From positions 2,115-66,114 of the forward strand of contig JACQCF010000024.1 in the NCBI GenBank assembly GCA_016201795.1: a DNA stretch of 64,000 bases, in the 5' to 3' direction. Source of the DNA: Candidatus Omnitrophota bacterium (lineage in GTDB: Bacteria; Omnitrophota; Gorgyraeia; Zapsychrales; Fredricksoniimonadaceae). A program made the translations under genes and the position numbers. Below are positions 56,288-64,000 of the stretch, piece after piece (the first letter of the stretch is position 1; each line of letters opens with the position of its first letter). A model generated the notes under the pieces. That model was not told the origin of the DNA, ran no database searches, and saw only the letters and a list, made by a program, of their open reading frames with translations.

Positions 56288-58093
56288 ATGAGGTTATTTA
56301 AAGGTCTGGTAATTGGGAATATTTGGGGTGGGATTTATGGTTTTGTTGTCGTCAGTTTCTTTTGCAAGATGAGCAACCTCCCCATATTGAAAAATAAAAA
56401 TTTGATCGTATTGTTTTTATTCTTCTTTTGTTTTTGTTCTCGCACCTGGGCTGTGGATCTGCCGGCAGGGCAGGATGCCGCCGCTCAAGCAGAGCGCTAC
56501 AGGTATAATGTTGAGAACCAGAAAAAAATTTTGGAATATAAAAAACCAAAAGGGCTGAAGATAGGGCCCGAGAAAGAAAAAGTCAAACCTGTAAGCAAGG
56601 GGCCGTCTTTTCTACTTAATGGAGTCAATGTGACCGGCTCGAGTGTCTTTAAACCGGAGGATTTCCGGAAAATTTACGGGCTCTACCTCAAAAGACAAGT
56701 CACATTTCAGGATATGCAGGAGGTCGCCGGCAAGATTGAGTCAAAATATAAACAGGAAGGGTACTATACGACGACAGTTTATATCCCTCAACAGAACATC
56801 CAGAATGGGGTCATAGAAATCCGCGTCGCCGAAGGGGAAATGGGGAACTTGAGCATAGAAGGCAACAGATGGTTTTCCGCTGATTTCATAAAAAGATTCA
56901 TTCACGTCAACAGAGGCGAAATACTGAACATTAAAAAGCTGGCGAGGGACATCTTGCGTTTAAACAAGAACCCGGATTTACAAGTCAAGGTGGTGCTTTC
57001 CCAAGGCAGGGTTGCGCAGACCACGGATATTTCATTGAAAGTGGAGGGCCGGCGGCCCTGGCACGTGGGTGTGCAGGTGGATAACAGTGGGACACGCCTG
57101 ACAGGAAAAGTCCGTCCCATGCTTTTTACCCGTTCTTCCAACGTTTCCGGACGGGGGGATATGATTTTTATCAATTCCCTTTACACGGGTGACTCTTTGG
57201 GTGAATCCGTAAGCTATAGCGTACCGGTGGGGACCAATGGCACAAAATTCGGACTTGATGTGACTTATTTCCGGTTGAAAGTGGGCAAGGAATTCAAATC
57301 TTTTAATATTACCGGTGTCTCGCAGATTTATACGCCCCACCTTTCCTGGGAGCTTGCGTTAACGGAAGATTTTGAAGCTTATTATGATCTTGGGATCAAT
57401 ATCAAATCCATAAACAAAAAGCAGGCTGGTACTGTTACGGACAATGGCCAAATGCGCATCCCGTATTTTGCCTTTGATTTTATAAAGACAGACTCCGAGG
57501 GGGTCACGACATTTAGTCCAAAATTTGATTTTGGCACTTCCGGATTTTGGGGCTCTTCCAGACGGAATTATAGCCCTTCCAGCAGGGCGAATACGGGGGG
57601 ATCATTTTTCAAATATCAGCAGTCATTAAACCGGACGCAAAAGATGTTTTTCGACAGCTATGTGACGATACGCACGCAATTACAGCTTGCGTCACATACC
57701 CTCGCGCCATCAGAACAACTTCAGCTTGGCGGGGCGGATTCTATCCGTGGTTATCCCGAAGGAGATTATTCGGCAGATAACGGAGGATATATGAATTTTG
57801 ACTGGTTTTTCCCGTCCTATGTCATTCCTGAAACTTGGAAATTGCCGGGGCAGGAGGCACCCTTACGCCGCCAGATACAACCTGTGTTTTTTGTTGATTT
57901 AGGCGGCGGCAAATTAAAGGAAACTCAGTCAGGGGAAACAAAGGATAAGTTTCTTGCTGGAATTGGAGGTGGCTTAAGTATGAATTTTAAGTCGTTTTCG
58001 CTACGTTTAGATTGGGCCAAATCTATCGGCGATAAACAATCCTCAGGTTCAGGCCCTTCCACATTTTATTTCACTTTCCGGTCGGAAATATAA
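56288..58093 (+). CDS. ShlB/FhaC/HecB-family two-partner-secretion outer-membrane transporter
   Basis: POTRA region LLNGVNVTGSSVF...IEIRVAEGEMGNLSIEGN plus C-terminal beta-barrel ending in aromatic residues. SD agagggg before ATG 56288. Confidence 0.8.
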   Translation: MRLFKGLVIGNIWGGIYGFVVVSFFCKMSNLPILKNKNLIVLFLFFFCFCSRTWAVDLPAGQDAAAQAERYRYNVENQKKILEYKKPKGLKIGPEKEKVKPVSKGPSFLLNGVNVTGSSVFKPEDFRKIYGLYLKRQVTFQDMQEVAGKIESKYKQEGYYTTTVYIPQQNIQNGVIEIRVAEGEMGNLSIEGNRWFSADFIKRFIHVNRGEILNIKKLARDILRLNKNPDLQVKVVLSQGRVAQTTDISLKVEGRRPWHVGVQVDNSGTRLTGKVRPMLFTRSSNVSGRGDMIFINSLYTGDSLGESVSYSVPVGTNGTKFGLDVTYFRLKVGKEFKSFNITGVSQIYTPHLSWELALTEDFEAYYDLGINIKSINKKQAGTVTDNGQMRIPYFAFDFIKTDSEGVTTFSPKFDFGTSGFWGSSRRNYSPSSRANTGGSFFKYQQSLNRTQKMFFDSYVTIRTQLQLASHTLAPSEQLQLGGADSIRGYPEGDYSADNGGYMNFDWFFPSYVIPETWKLPGQEAPLRRQIQPVFFVDLGGGKLKETQSGETKDKFLAGIGGGLSMNFKSFSLRLDWAKSIGDKQSSGSGPSTFYFTFRSEI

Positions 58094-58117
58094 TTATATA
58101 AATATTTTGTTATAGCC

Positions 58118-58145
58118 TTGATTTCTTATCAATATCAGCTATACT
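58118..58145 (+). promoter_or_regulatory. sigma70-like promoter driving the riboswitch leader
   Basis: TTGATT, 16 nt, TATACT. Confidence 0.45.
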
Positions 58146-58171
58146 TTAATTGGTTTTTTGTAAGACAAGAA

Positions 58172-58290
58172 GTTACGATAAAGGTAAACTATTCGAAAGA
58201 ATGGGGCACAAAGCTATGAGGGCCTTCGAACGCTAACACATTGTAGCGGACAAGGTTGCCAGTTGCCGAGCTAATTTAAGCTATGTTTAT
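58172..58290 (+). promoter_or_regulatory. c-di-GMP-I (GEMM) riboswitch aptamer
   Basis: AAAGGUAAACUAUUCGAAAGAAUGGGGCACAAAGCUAUGAGGGCC...UUGUAGCGGACAAGGUUGCC closely parallels V. cholerae Vc2 GGCAAACCAUUCGAAAGAGUGGGACGCAAAGCCUCCGGCC...GUAGCGGGGUUACC. Confidence 0.7.
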
Positions 58291-58342
58291 TAAGCGCAAT
58301 TTAACACTTATTTTGTTGGGCCCAATGCGCGGGTTAAGTTTA

Positions 58343-58376
58343 AACCCCATTTCTGGTTTCAGAAGTGGGGTTTTTT
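58343..58376 (+). terminator. rho-independent terminator (riboswitch expression platform)
   Basis: ccccatttct ggtttc agaagtgggg followed by tttttt, 50 nt before the Cache-protein ATG. Confidence 0.7.
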
Positions 58377-58428
58377 GTTGGAACCAAACTCATTGGATTT
58401 ATAAGAGTTATATTATATAGGACATGGA

Positions 58429-59652
58429 ATGGATTTTCTAAAAAATTTATTACTTGCCAAGCAAGAAATAAACCAGAGAACCCTACGCCTTAAATTAAAG
58501 ATCACGCTATTTGTATCTCTTGCCGCGGTTATATTTTTTTGTATTTTTATAGTTGTTACTTTTTACGTGGGGAAAACGGGACTGCTGGACAAGGCCGTGG
58601 AAAGCCAGAGCGGAATGACCCAGACCCTGGCCTCCGCGGTAAGCGTGGCAATTGAGAAGCAGGTAGAGCTGTTAAAGTTAAACGCGAACTCACAATTTGT
58701 CATCGATGCCGTAAAACAAAATAATTTAAAGTACCGCGTCATGGGCGAGAAGGAGATACGGCGTTACTTGATGGATGAGGACCAAAGGTGGATTGAGGCC
58801 CCTGATGACCATCCCTTGATCAAACAATATTCCGAAAACAAACTTAGCGCGCAATTAAAGGCATTCAAAGTGGAGAATGACGAGGCGGTCAATCTTCTCG
58901 TTACCGATAAATTCGGCGGTTTAGTCGGCTTCACATCAAGGACATCGGGGTTTTATAGTTTTGACAAGGATTGGTGGCTGGGTTCATACGCGGATGGCCG
59001 CGGCAAGCCCTTTATCGGCAACGTGGAATATGATGAACAAAGCAGTTTATGGGCTATGCCCTTTGCCGTTCCCATTGAGGATGAAACAAGGGCCATTATT
59101 GGAATCTATAAAGAACTCATCAGAATCAATACCTTTTTCAAGCCGTTGATGAATTTCAGAATAGGCAGGACCGGAGACGCTGTTGTGGTCGATGATAAAG
59201 CGTATCTGGTGTATCATCCCAAAGCCGCGCCTTTCGCCAATAAATACTGTGAATATGAAGAGCTGCAGAATACCCTGCAGAACGCCAAAAAATGGGGAAT
59301 ACTCAACAGCGCCTATCTTAATCACGGCAAAAAGTTGGCGGCCTACGCGGAGATTAACGTCACTTCTTTGCCGGCATTGGGAGTTAACTGGTTTGTGTTC
59401 GTAGAGCGGGATTTGAGTGAAATATTTATGCCTTTAAATAAGTTGATTTTTATGATGATTCTTATCGGGATCGCGCTGACGATCATATTGGCTTTGTCTG
59501 TATTTATCTTAAGCGCGGTGGAACGTCCCGGTTCCATCCTGCAGGTGATCAAGGACGCGCCGGCACTAAAGACCCATGAAGAAAGCCCTGGCGCTGTTGA
59601 AAAAAGAAGGATGACGCGTTTGCCGAGTGAACAGAAAGAAGAAAATAAATGA
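58429..59652 (+). CDS. Cache-domain-only membrane protein (TM, periplasmic Cache-like sensor domain, TM, short tail; no output domain)
   Basis: TM1 ITLFVSLAAVIFFCIFIVVTFYV. Cache-like motifs FGGLVGFTS...FDKDWWL and PFAVPIEDETRAIIGIYKELI. TM2 LIFMMILIGIALTIILALSVFIL. Confidence 0.6.
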   Translation: MDFLKNLLLAKQEINQRTLRLKLKITLFVSLAAVIFFCIFIVVTFYVGKTGLLDKAVESQSGMTQTLASAVSVAIEKQVELLKLNANSQFVIDAVKQNNLKYRVMGEKEIRRYLMDEDQRWIEAPDDHPLIKQYSENKLSAQLKAFKVENDEAVNLLVTDKFGGLVGFTSRTSGFYSFDKDWWLGSYADGRGKPFIGNVEYDEQSSLWAMPFAVPIEDETRAIIGIYKELIRINTFFKPLMNFRIGRTGDAVVVDDKAYLVYHPKAAPFANKYCEYEELQNTLQNAKKWGILNSAYLNHGKKLAAYAEINVTSLPALGVNWFVFVERDLSEIFMPLNKLIFMMILIGIALTIILALSVFILSAVERPGSILQVIKDAPALKTHEESPGAVEKRRMTRLPSEQKEENK

Positions 59653-62600
59653 GATTGAAAAGAATAAAATACTTTGTATTTATAACCGCGTTTGTTTTCC
59701 TGCAAGTAGGGCTTGTCTTTGCCTTGCCGCAAAATGGGCAAGTGGAATCGGGCAGTGCCGATTTCAGCGAGCCTGACCCTTACACTTTAGTCATCACGGC
59801 CGCGAACAATACCGTCATTAATTTTTCTTCTTTTGGGATTGCCCAGAATGAAACCGTAAAATTTATCCAACCCAGCTCCAGCGCCTCACTCCTGGCCCGT
59901 GTTAACGGACAAACAGCGAGTTATATCAATGGCGGCCTTGCGGCCAACGGCATCTTTTATCTGGTGAACCCCAACGGGATCAATTTCGGACCTTCGGCGC
60001 GGCTCAACGTCAATAGTTTCGTTGCCTCGACTCTGGATATTTCCACGGAGAATTTCCTGGCGCAGAGATATATCTTTGAGCATAAGAACGGCGATCCTTA
60101 CAGCCAAATTATTAATCAAGGGATCATCACTGGCAATAATATCGCTTTTATCGCCAGCGCGGTCGATAACCAGGGCACCGTGATCGGCCGCTTAGGTAAC
60201 GTATTTTTTATATCCGGAGATAGGTCTACTGTCAGCTTTGATACGAAAGGCCTAATTCAGGTGGAAGTTAATAGCCAGACAAGCGGTAAAGTATTTGATA
60301 AAAATGGAGTTGAGGTTAAAGACGCGATAAAAAATTCCGGCACGGTCCAAGGGGCACAGGTGGTCATGGAGGCAAAGACCGCCTCGAATATCTTCAAGAA
60401 TGCCGTTAATCAGGAAGGCATTGTTAAAGCGACCGGATTTAATGTGCAGAATGGCGTCATCAGGGTTGTTGCTGATGGGGATATCCAGGTTTCAGGAAAG
60501 ATGGAGATAGAGAATAACCCATCCGGCCAGCAAATCCAGATTTCCTCTTTGTTTGGCTCTGTAACAGTCAATGCCGAGTTTGATTCCACAGGAAACACGA
60601 CGATCAGCGCCTTTAATGATGTGGTGGTCAATGCGGATATTAAAACGGACTCCGGTAACCTTAACCTTTTAGCAGACGCAGATTTCAATGGCAATGGTTC
60701 TTTCCAGCAGGCAGCAGGGACTGTTATTGCGACGAATAATCCTAACAATGAAGTCGATACCGAGGGTAATCCGATTGGCAATATCACTATTCAGGCCTCA
60801 GGGGCAAGCACGCTGGCAAATATTAATTCCGCAGGTGACTTAATCCTTAGACAGGCAGGTGCACCGGTCACATTCATTCAGCAGCCCGGTTCCACCGTGA
60901 TCACACAAGGTTCACTCATCATCGGTGGCGGTGTTACGCTTGATGCGTCGGATACTATATATCAAACAGGCAAGGACTGGGTTAATTTAGGGACGTTTAA
61001 CCCGGATATCTCCAGCGTGTCTTTGACCTCAAGTCAAAAGGCCAAAGTTATCGGAGATAACACCTTTTATGATTTGACTATTTATGTCCCTGGAAAGGAG
61101 GTGGACTTCGATACTCTTTGGGCGATTACCGTTAATAACAGACTTGAGCTCAAAGGAGGGTATGGGAATTTGTTAGTTTTAAAGTCTTTGAATCCCGGTA
61201 CGCAGTGGCAAATCAATGTAGGAGACTACGACATAGAATACGTGTTGATAGCAGATAGCATTAGTGTTCGCGGGCCCCCTCTGAACCCCATTCATAGCTC
61301 TTCGCTCGGAAACCTCACCAATTGGAACATTGATCCCTATTGGGTTGGGGCCGGGTCAGACAATAATTGGTCTACCGGCGCCAACTGGGATACCGGCACA
61401 GCGCCCACCTCCTTTGACGCAGTTACCTTTGATGGCACAGCCCACGGCGTCAGCGGCGCCAATCCCAATAAAAACTCCTTCATCGACACAGATTTCACCA
61501 TCGCTTCTTTAACTATCAACGGCTATACAGGCACCCTCACCTTAGCAGGCAATTTGAACGTTACAGGTGATATAACTATCAATAGCGGTACAGTAATTGC
61601 CGCAACCCCTAGCGCATTTACCATAACAGCCCAGAATGGCGGCATTTCTATCGGACAAGGCGTTTTAATCTCTGCAGATAGTCTTGCCCTAGTTGCCAAT
61701 AAAAACATTGATATTTCAGGCACTCTTCAGGGGAATTTCATTTCGCTCAATAGTTTAAACGGCCTTACACTTTTAGAAAATGGAAGTTTAATCGATGTTT
61801 CTACCAATGAAGCCGGAGGTATCGGCGGTACAGTGGAGGTTTTAGGTAACCAGGTCGAGCTGCTCGGCACCCAAATCAACGCTTCAGGGCCTAACGGCGG
61901 CGGCACGGTTTTAATTGGCGGAGACTTCCAGGGTAAGGGCACAGTGGCGAATTCCACCATTGTCTATGTGAGCAGAAATGCCCATATTTACGCTGATGCC
62001 ATAGCCCAAGGCAACGGCGGCAAGGTGATTGTTTGGTCTGACTCAACCACGTCTTATTATGGGCATATCAGCGCCAGAGGCGGCCCCCAGGGAGGCGATG
62101 GCGGATTTGTTCAGGTTTCAAGCGCCCTACCATTATTATTTAACGGGTTTGTTGATGCGCTTGACGCCAACGGCAATCCCGGCACATTCATTCTTAATCC
62201 TAACGGCACTACCGGCTATGCGGCAAGCCTTGCAACTGACCTGATCGATTATAATCCAGGAGAAACAGCTACCATTATGGGTTCTGGCTGGAAGCCAGGT
62301 GAGACGGTTTCGCTTGTCATTCAACCAGGTAAGCCTGACTTACAGAACATAACGCTTACCGCTGTTGCTGATGCAAACGGCAATTTTTCTATTTCTGGAT
62401 TCACCCTTCAGCAGGAAGATTTCGGCGTGGCGTTTAGTCTTACAGGAACGGGGCAGTCTTCGGGTCTTGCTGCACAGGCGGCCTTTACGGATACGACCGG
62501 TGTAGCGAGTGTAACCGGAAACTGGGGTAACACCGCGACATGGGGCGGGTCAGCAGTCCCAACAGCCAGTACCGCTGTTACCATTAATCAAGGAATCACC

Positions 62601-64000
62601 GTTACAGTTGCCGATACCGGATCTACTGATGTCGCTGCTTCAGTTGTCATAGGAACGGCTACAGGCAGCGGAACGGCTGTGCTGACATTCAGCACTACTA
62701 GTGACCAGTTAACTGTTTCGGGAACTGTAACTATCGGATTTTCATCAGGGTCTGCGGCCGCTACTCTTAGCATGGTAAGCGGAAGCATTTTAATTTGTAA
62801 CGGTTTTGCACTTGGCGCTACTAGTGGCACAAAAACTTGGACTCCAAGTACGGGTACTGTCCAGCTGGCTGCTACTAATACTTTACCTGCAACCATTTTT
62901 ACTTCATTCGGGAATTTGACTATTACAGGTGGGACAACTTCGTTAGGAGTCGCCGTAATTATTAATAACACCCTGACCATTAACGGCAGCACTGCCTTAA
63001 CTACTACCGCAAGCAATTTCCAATTGACCTTGGATGGAGACTTTACAAACAGCGGTACATTCACCGCCAACGCCTCACCGATCGTTATTGCGGGCACGGC
63101 AACGACTCAGACCATCGCCGGCTTTACTACCACGGGATTAGTTTCCATGACAAAGACTGCCGGCACGGCAACACTTCAAGGTAACGTGGGCGGCGCCGGC
63201 CTGACCATCAACGGTTCGGGTGGAACGCTGAACTTAGGCACAAGCCTGACGCATACATTTACCGGTGTAGTTACCCTTACAGCCGGAACATTAAACGGCG
63301 GATCAAGCACTCTCAAGGAAAACGCCACCAGCACCACGGCCTGGAATGGGACCGGATCATTATTCACCGCAAGCACCTCAACAGTAAGCTTTGGCGGAGT
63401 GGCTCAGACTATTTCTGCAACTTCTACGACATTCAACAATTTGACACTTGCCGGTACGGGTGCTGTAACTTTTTCTACCGGTGATACAATCAACGGAATT
63501 TGGATTATAGGAAACGGGACCAATGCTAATACATACACAGTAACGCCCACCTTGGGCGCTAGCGCCACGCTTGAATATAGCGCCGGTTCATCGGCGCGTA
63601 CTGTAGTCACAGCAGAATGGCCGGCTACGTTCACTTCAACCGGTGGCGTCATTATCGCAGGTACCGGTGCCATTACAATGGGTGCTTCAAAGCAAATGGG
63701 AAATGGTACGGCAAACGTTCCCTTACAAATTAATTCCGGTGCCACATTAACACCCGGTACAAACACCATCACCCTGGAAGGAGATTTTATCAACAACGGT
63801 ACCATAACGAGCGCGGCAACTCCTTATACAATTGCCGGGGCATTAGCCACACAATCCATCGGCGGCTTCACCACAACTGGTTTGGTATCCATGACCAAGA
63901 CCGGAGGCACAGCCACATTTACTGCCGCCGGCTCAACCACCGGTAATGTCAGCGCCGCTGGATTGACCATCAACGGTTCGGGTGGAACGCTGAACTTAGG
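59649..64000 (+). CDS. giant TpsA exoprotein (filamentous-haemagglutinin-like adhesin), 3' end beyond the window
   Basis: ATG overlaps the upstream stop (ATGA). Signal peptide. TPS domain with LVNPNGINFG motif. More than 1450 codons of Gly/Thr/Ala/Asn-rich repeats with no stop before the window end. Confidence 0.8.
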   Translation, partial: MRLKRIKYFVFITAFVFLQVGLVFALPQNGQVESGSADFSEPDPYTLVITAANNTVINFSSFGIAQNETVKFIQPSSSASLLARVNGQTASYINGGLAANGIFYLVNPNGINFGPSARLNVNSFVASTLDISTENFLAQRYIFEHKNGDPYSQIINQGIITGNNIAFIASAVDNQGTVIGRLGNVFFISGDRSTVSFDTKGLIQVEVNSQTSGKVFDKNGVEVKDAIKNSGTVQGAQVVMEAKTASNIFKNAVNQEGIVKATGFNVQNGVIRVVADGDIQVSGKMEIENNPSGQQIQISSLFGSVTVNAEFDSTGNTTISAFNDVVVNADIKTDSGNLNLLADADFNGNGSFQQAAGTVIATNNPNNEVDTEGNPIGNITIQASGASTLANINSAGDLILRQAGAPVTFIQQPGSTVITQGSLIIGGGVTLDASDTIYQTGKDWVNLGTFNPDISSVSLTSSQKAKVIGDNTFYDLTIYVPGKEVDFDTLWAITVNNRLELKGGYGNLLVLKSLNPGTQWQINVGDYDIEYVLIADSISVRGPPLNPIHSSSLGNLTNWNIDPYWVGAGSDNNWSTGANWDTGTAPTSFDAVTFDGTAHGVSGANPNKNSFIDTDFTIASLTINGYTGTLTLAGNLNVTGDITINSGTVIAATPSAFTITAQNGGISIGQGVLISADSLALVANKNIDISGTLQGNFISLNSLNGLTLLENGSLIDVSTNEAGGIGGTVEVLGNQVELLGTQINASGPNGGGTVLIGGDFQGKGTVANSTIVYVSRNAHIYADAIAQGNGGKVIVWSDSTTSYYGHISARGGPQGGDGGFVQVSSALPLLFNGFVDALDANGNPGTFILNPNGTTGYAASLATDLIDYNPGETATIMGSGWKPGETVSLVIQPGKPDLQNITLTAVADANGNFSISGFTLQQEDFGVAFSLTGTGQSSGLAAQAAFTDTTGVASVTGNWGNTATWGGSAVPTASTAVTINQGITVTVADTGSTDVAASVVIGTATGSGTAVLTFSTTSDQLTVSGTVTIGFSSGSAAATLSMVSGSILICNGFALGATSGTKTWTPSTGTVQLAATNTLPATIFTSFGNLTITGGTTSLGVAVIINNTLTINGSTALTTTASNFQLTLDGDFTNSGTFTANASPIVIAGTATTQTIAGFTTTGLVSMTKTAGTATLQGNVGGAGLTINGSGGTLNLGTSLTHTFTGVVTLTAGTLNGGSSTLKENATSTTAWNGTGSLFTASTSTVSFGGVAQTISATSTTFNNLTLAGTGAVTFSTGDTINGIWIIGNGTNANTYTVTPTLGASATLEYSAGSSARTVVTAEWPATFTSTGGVIIAGTGAITMGASKQMGNGTANVPLQINSGATLTPGTNTITLEGDFINNGTITSAATPYTIAGALATQSIGGFTTTGLVSMTKTGGTATFTAAGSTTGNVSAAGLTINGSGGTLNL

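Noticed and set aside
59886-63805. Series of minus-strand Pro/Val/Thr-rich ORFs
   Set aside because: They are antisense shadows of the long repetitive plus-strand tpsA reading frame, which translates cleanly (e.g. NWNIDPYWVGAGSDNNWSTGANWDTGTAPTSFDAVTFDG).
62900-64000. Repeat array resembling CRISPR
   Set aside because: The repeats are long (tens of bp), imperfect, in-frame and Gly/Thr-coding within tpsA. There is no short direct-repeat/spacer periodicity and no cas genes.

Overview
This is a 64-kb stretch of a moderate-GC bacterial chromosome. Nearly all real genes are on the + strand, and the pyrophosphate-dependent phosphofructokinase gene (pfp) is the only convincing minus-strand gene. 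The first ~28 kb is core metabolism, and from ~28 kb onward the window is dominated by envelope/pilus genes and a tRNA-rich mosaic region. The window begins with an envelope-glycan cluster: large polytopic membrane proteins, a Zn-ribbon methyltransferase fused to a GT2 glycosyltransferase, and the dTDP-rhamnose genes rmlA, rmlD-like and rmlB. A tRNA array (Thr, Tyr, an internally deleted Gly copy, Gly), gpsA and rplM-rpsI follow. Then comes a long biosynthetic supercluster: argCJBDFGH, lysA-dapF-dapA-dapB-dapL (the LL-DAP aminotransferase route), folK, panC and nadX. Two copies of a ~70-bp palindromic MITE-like repeat sit inside it. After a small tandem-repeat basic protein and uvrA there is a TPR protein, exbB/exbD and three small membrane proteins. 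These lead into a complete type IV pilus cluster: pilM-pilN fusion, pilO, pilP, pilQ, pilB, pilC, two pilins split by an AbiEi/AbiEii abortive-infection toxin-antitoxin pair, and pseudopilins. The 3' third is a tRNA-rich accessory/mosaic region. It holds serS and three tRNA-Ser isoacceptors, an integrase remnant, a secreted M16 peptidase coupled to an orphan CpaF-like ATPase, tRNA-Arg(ACG) next to tadA, and an intact tyrosine integrase with a HigB/HigA-like pair. A large structured palindromic non-coding element follows. The most striking locus is a two-partner-secretion system: TpsB, then a c-di-GMP-I (GEMM) riboswitch with a terminator, which precedes a Cache-domain-only membrane protein translationally coupled to a giant repetitive TpsA adhesin that runs off the window.
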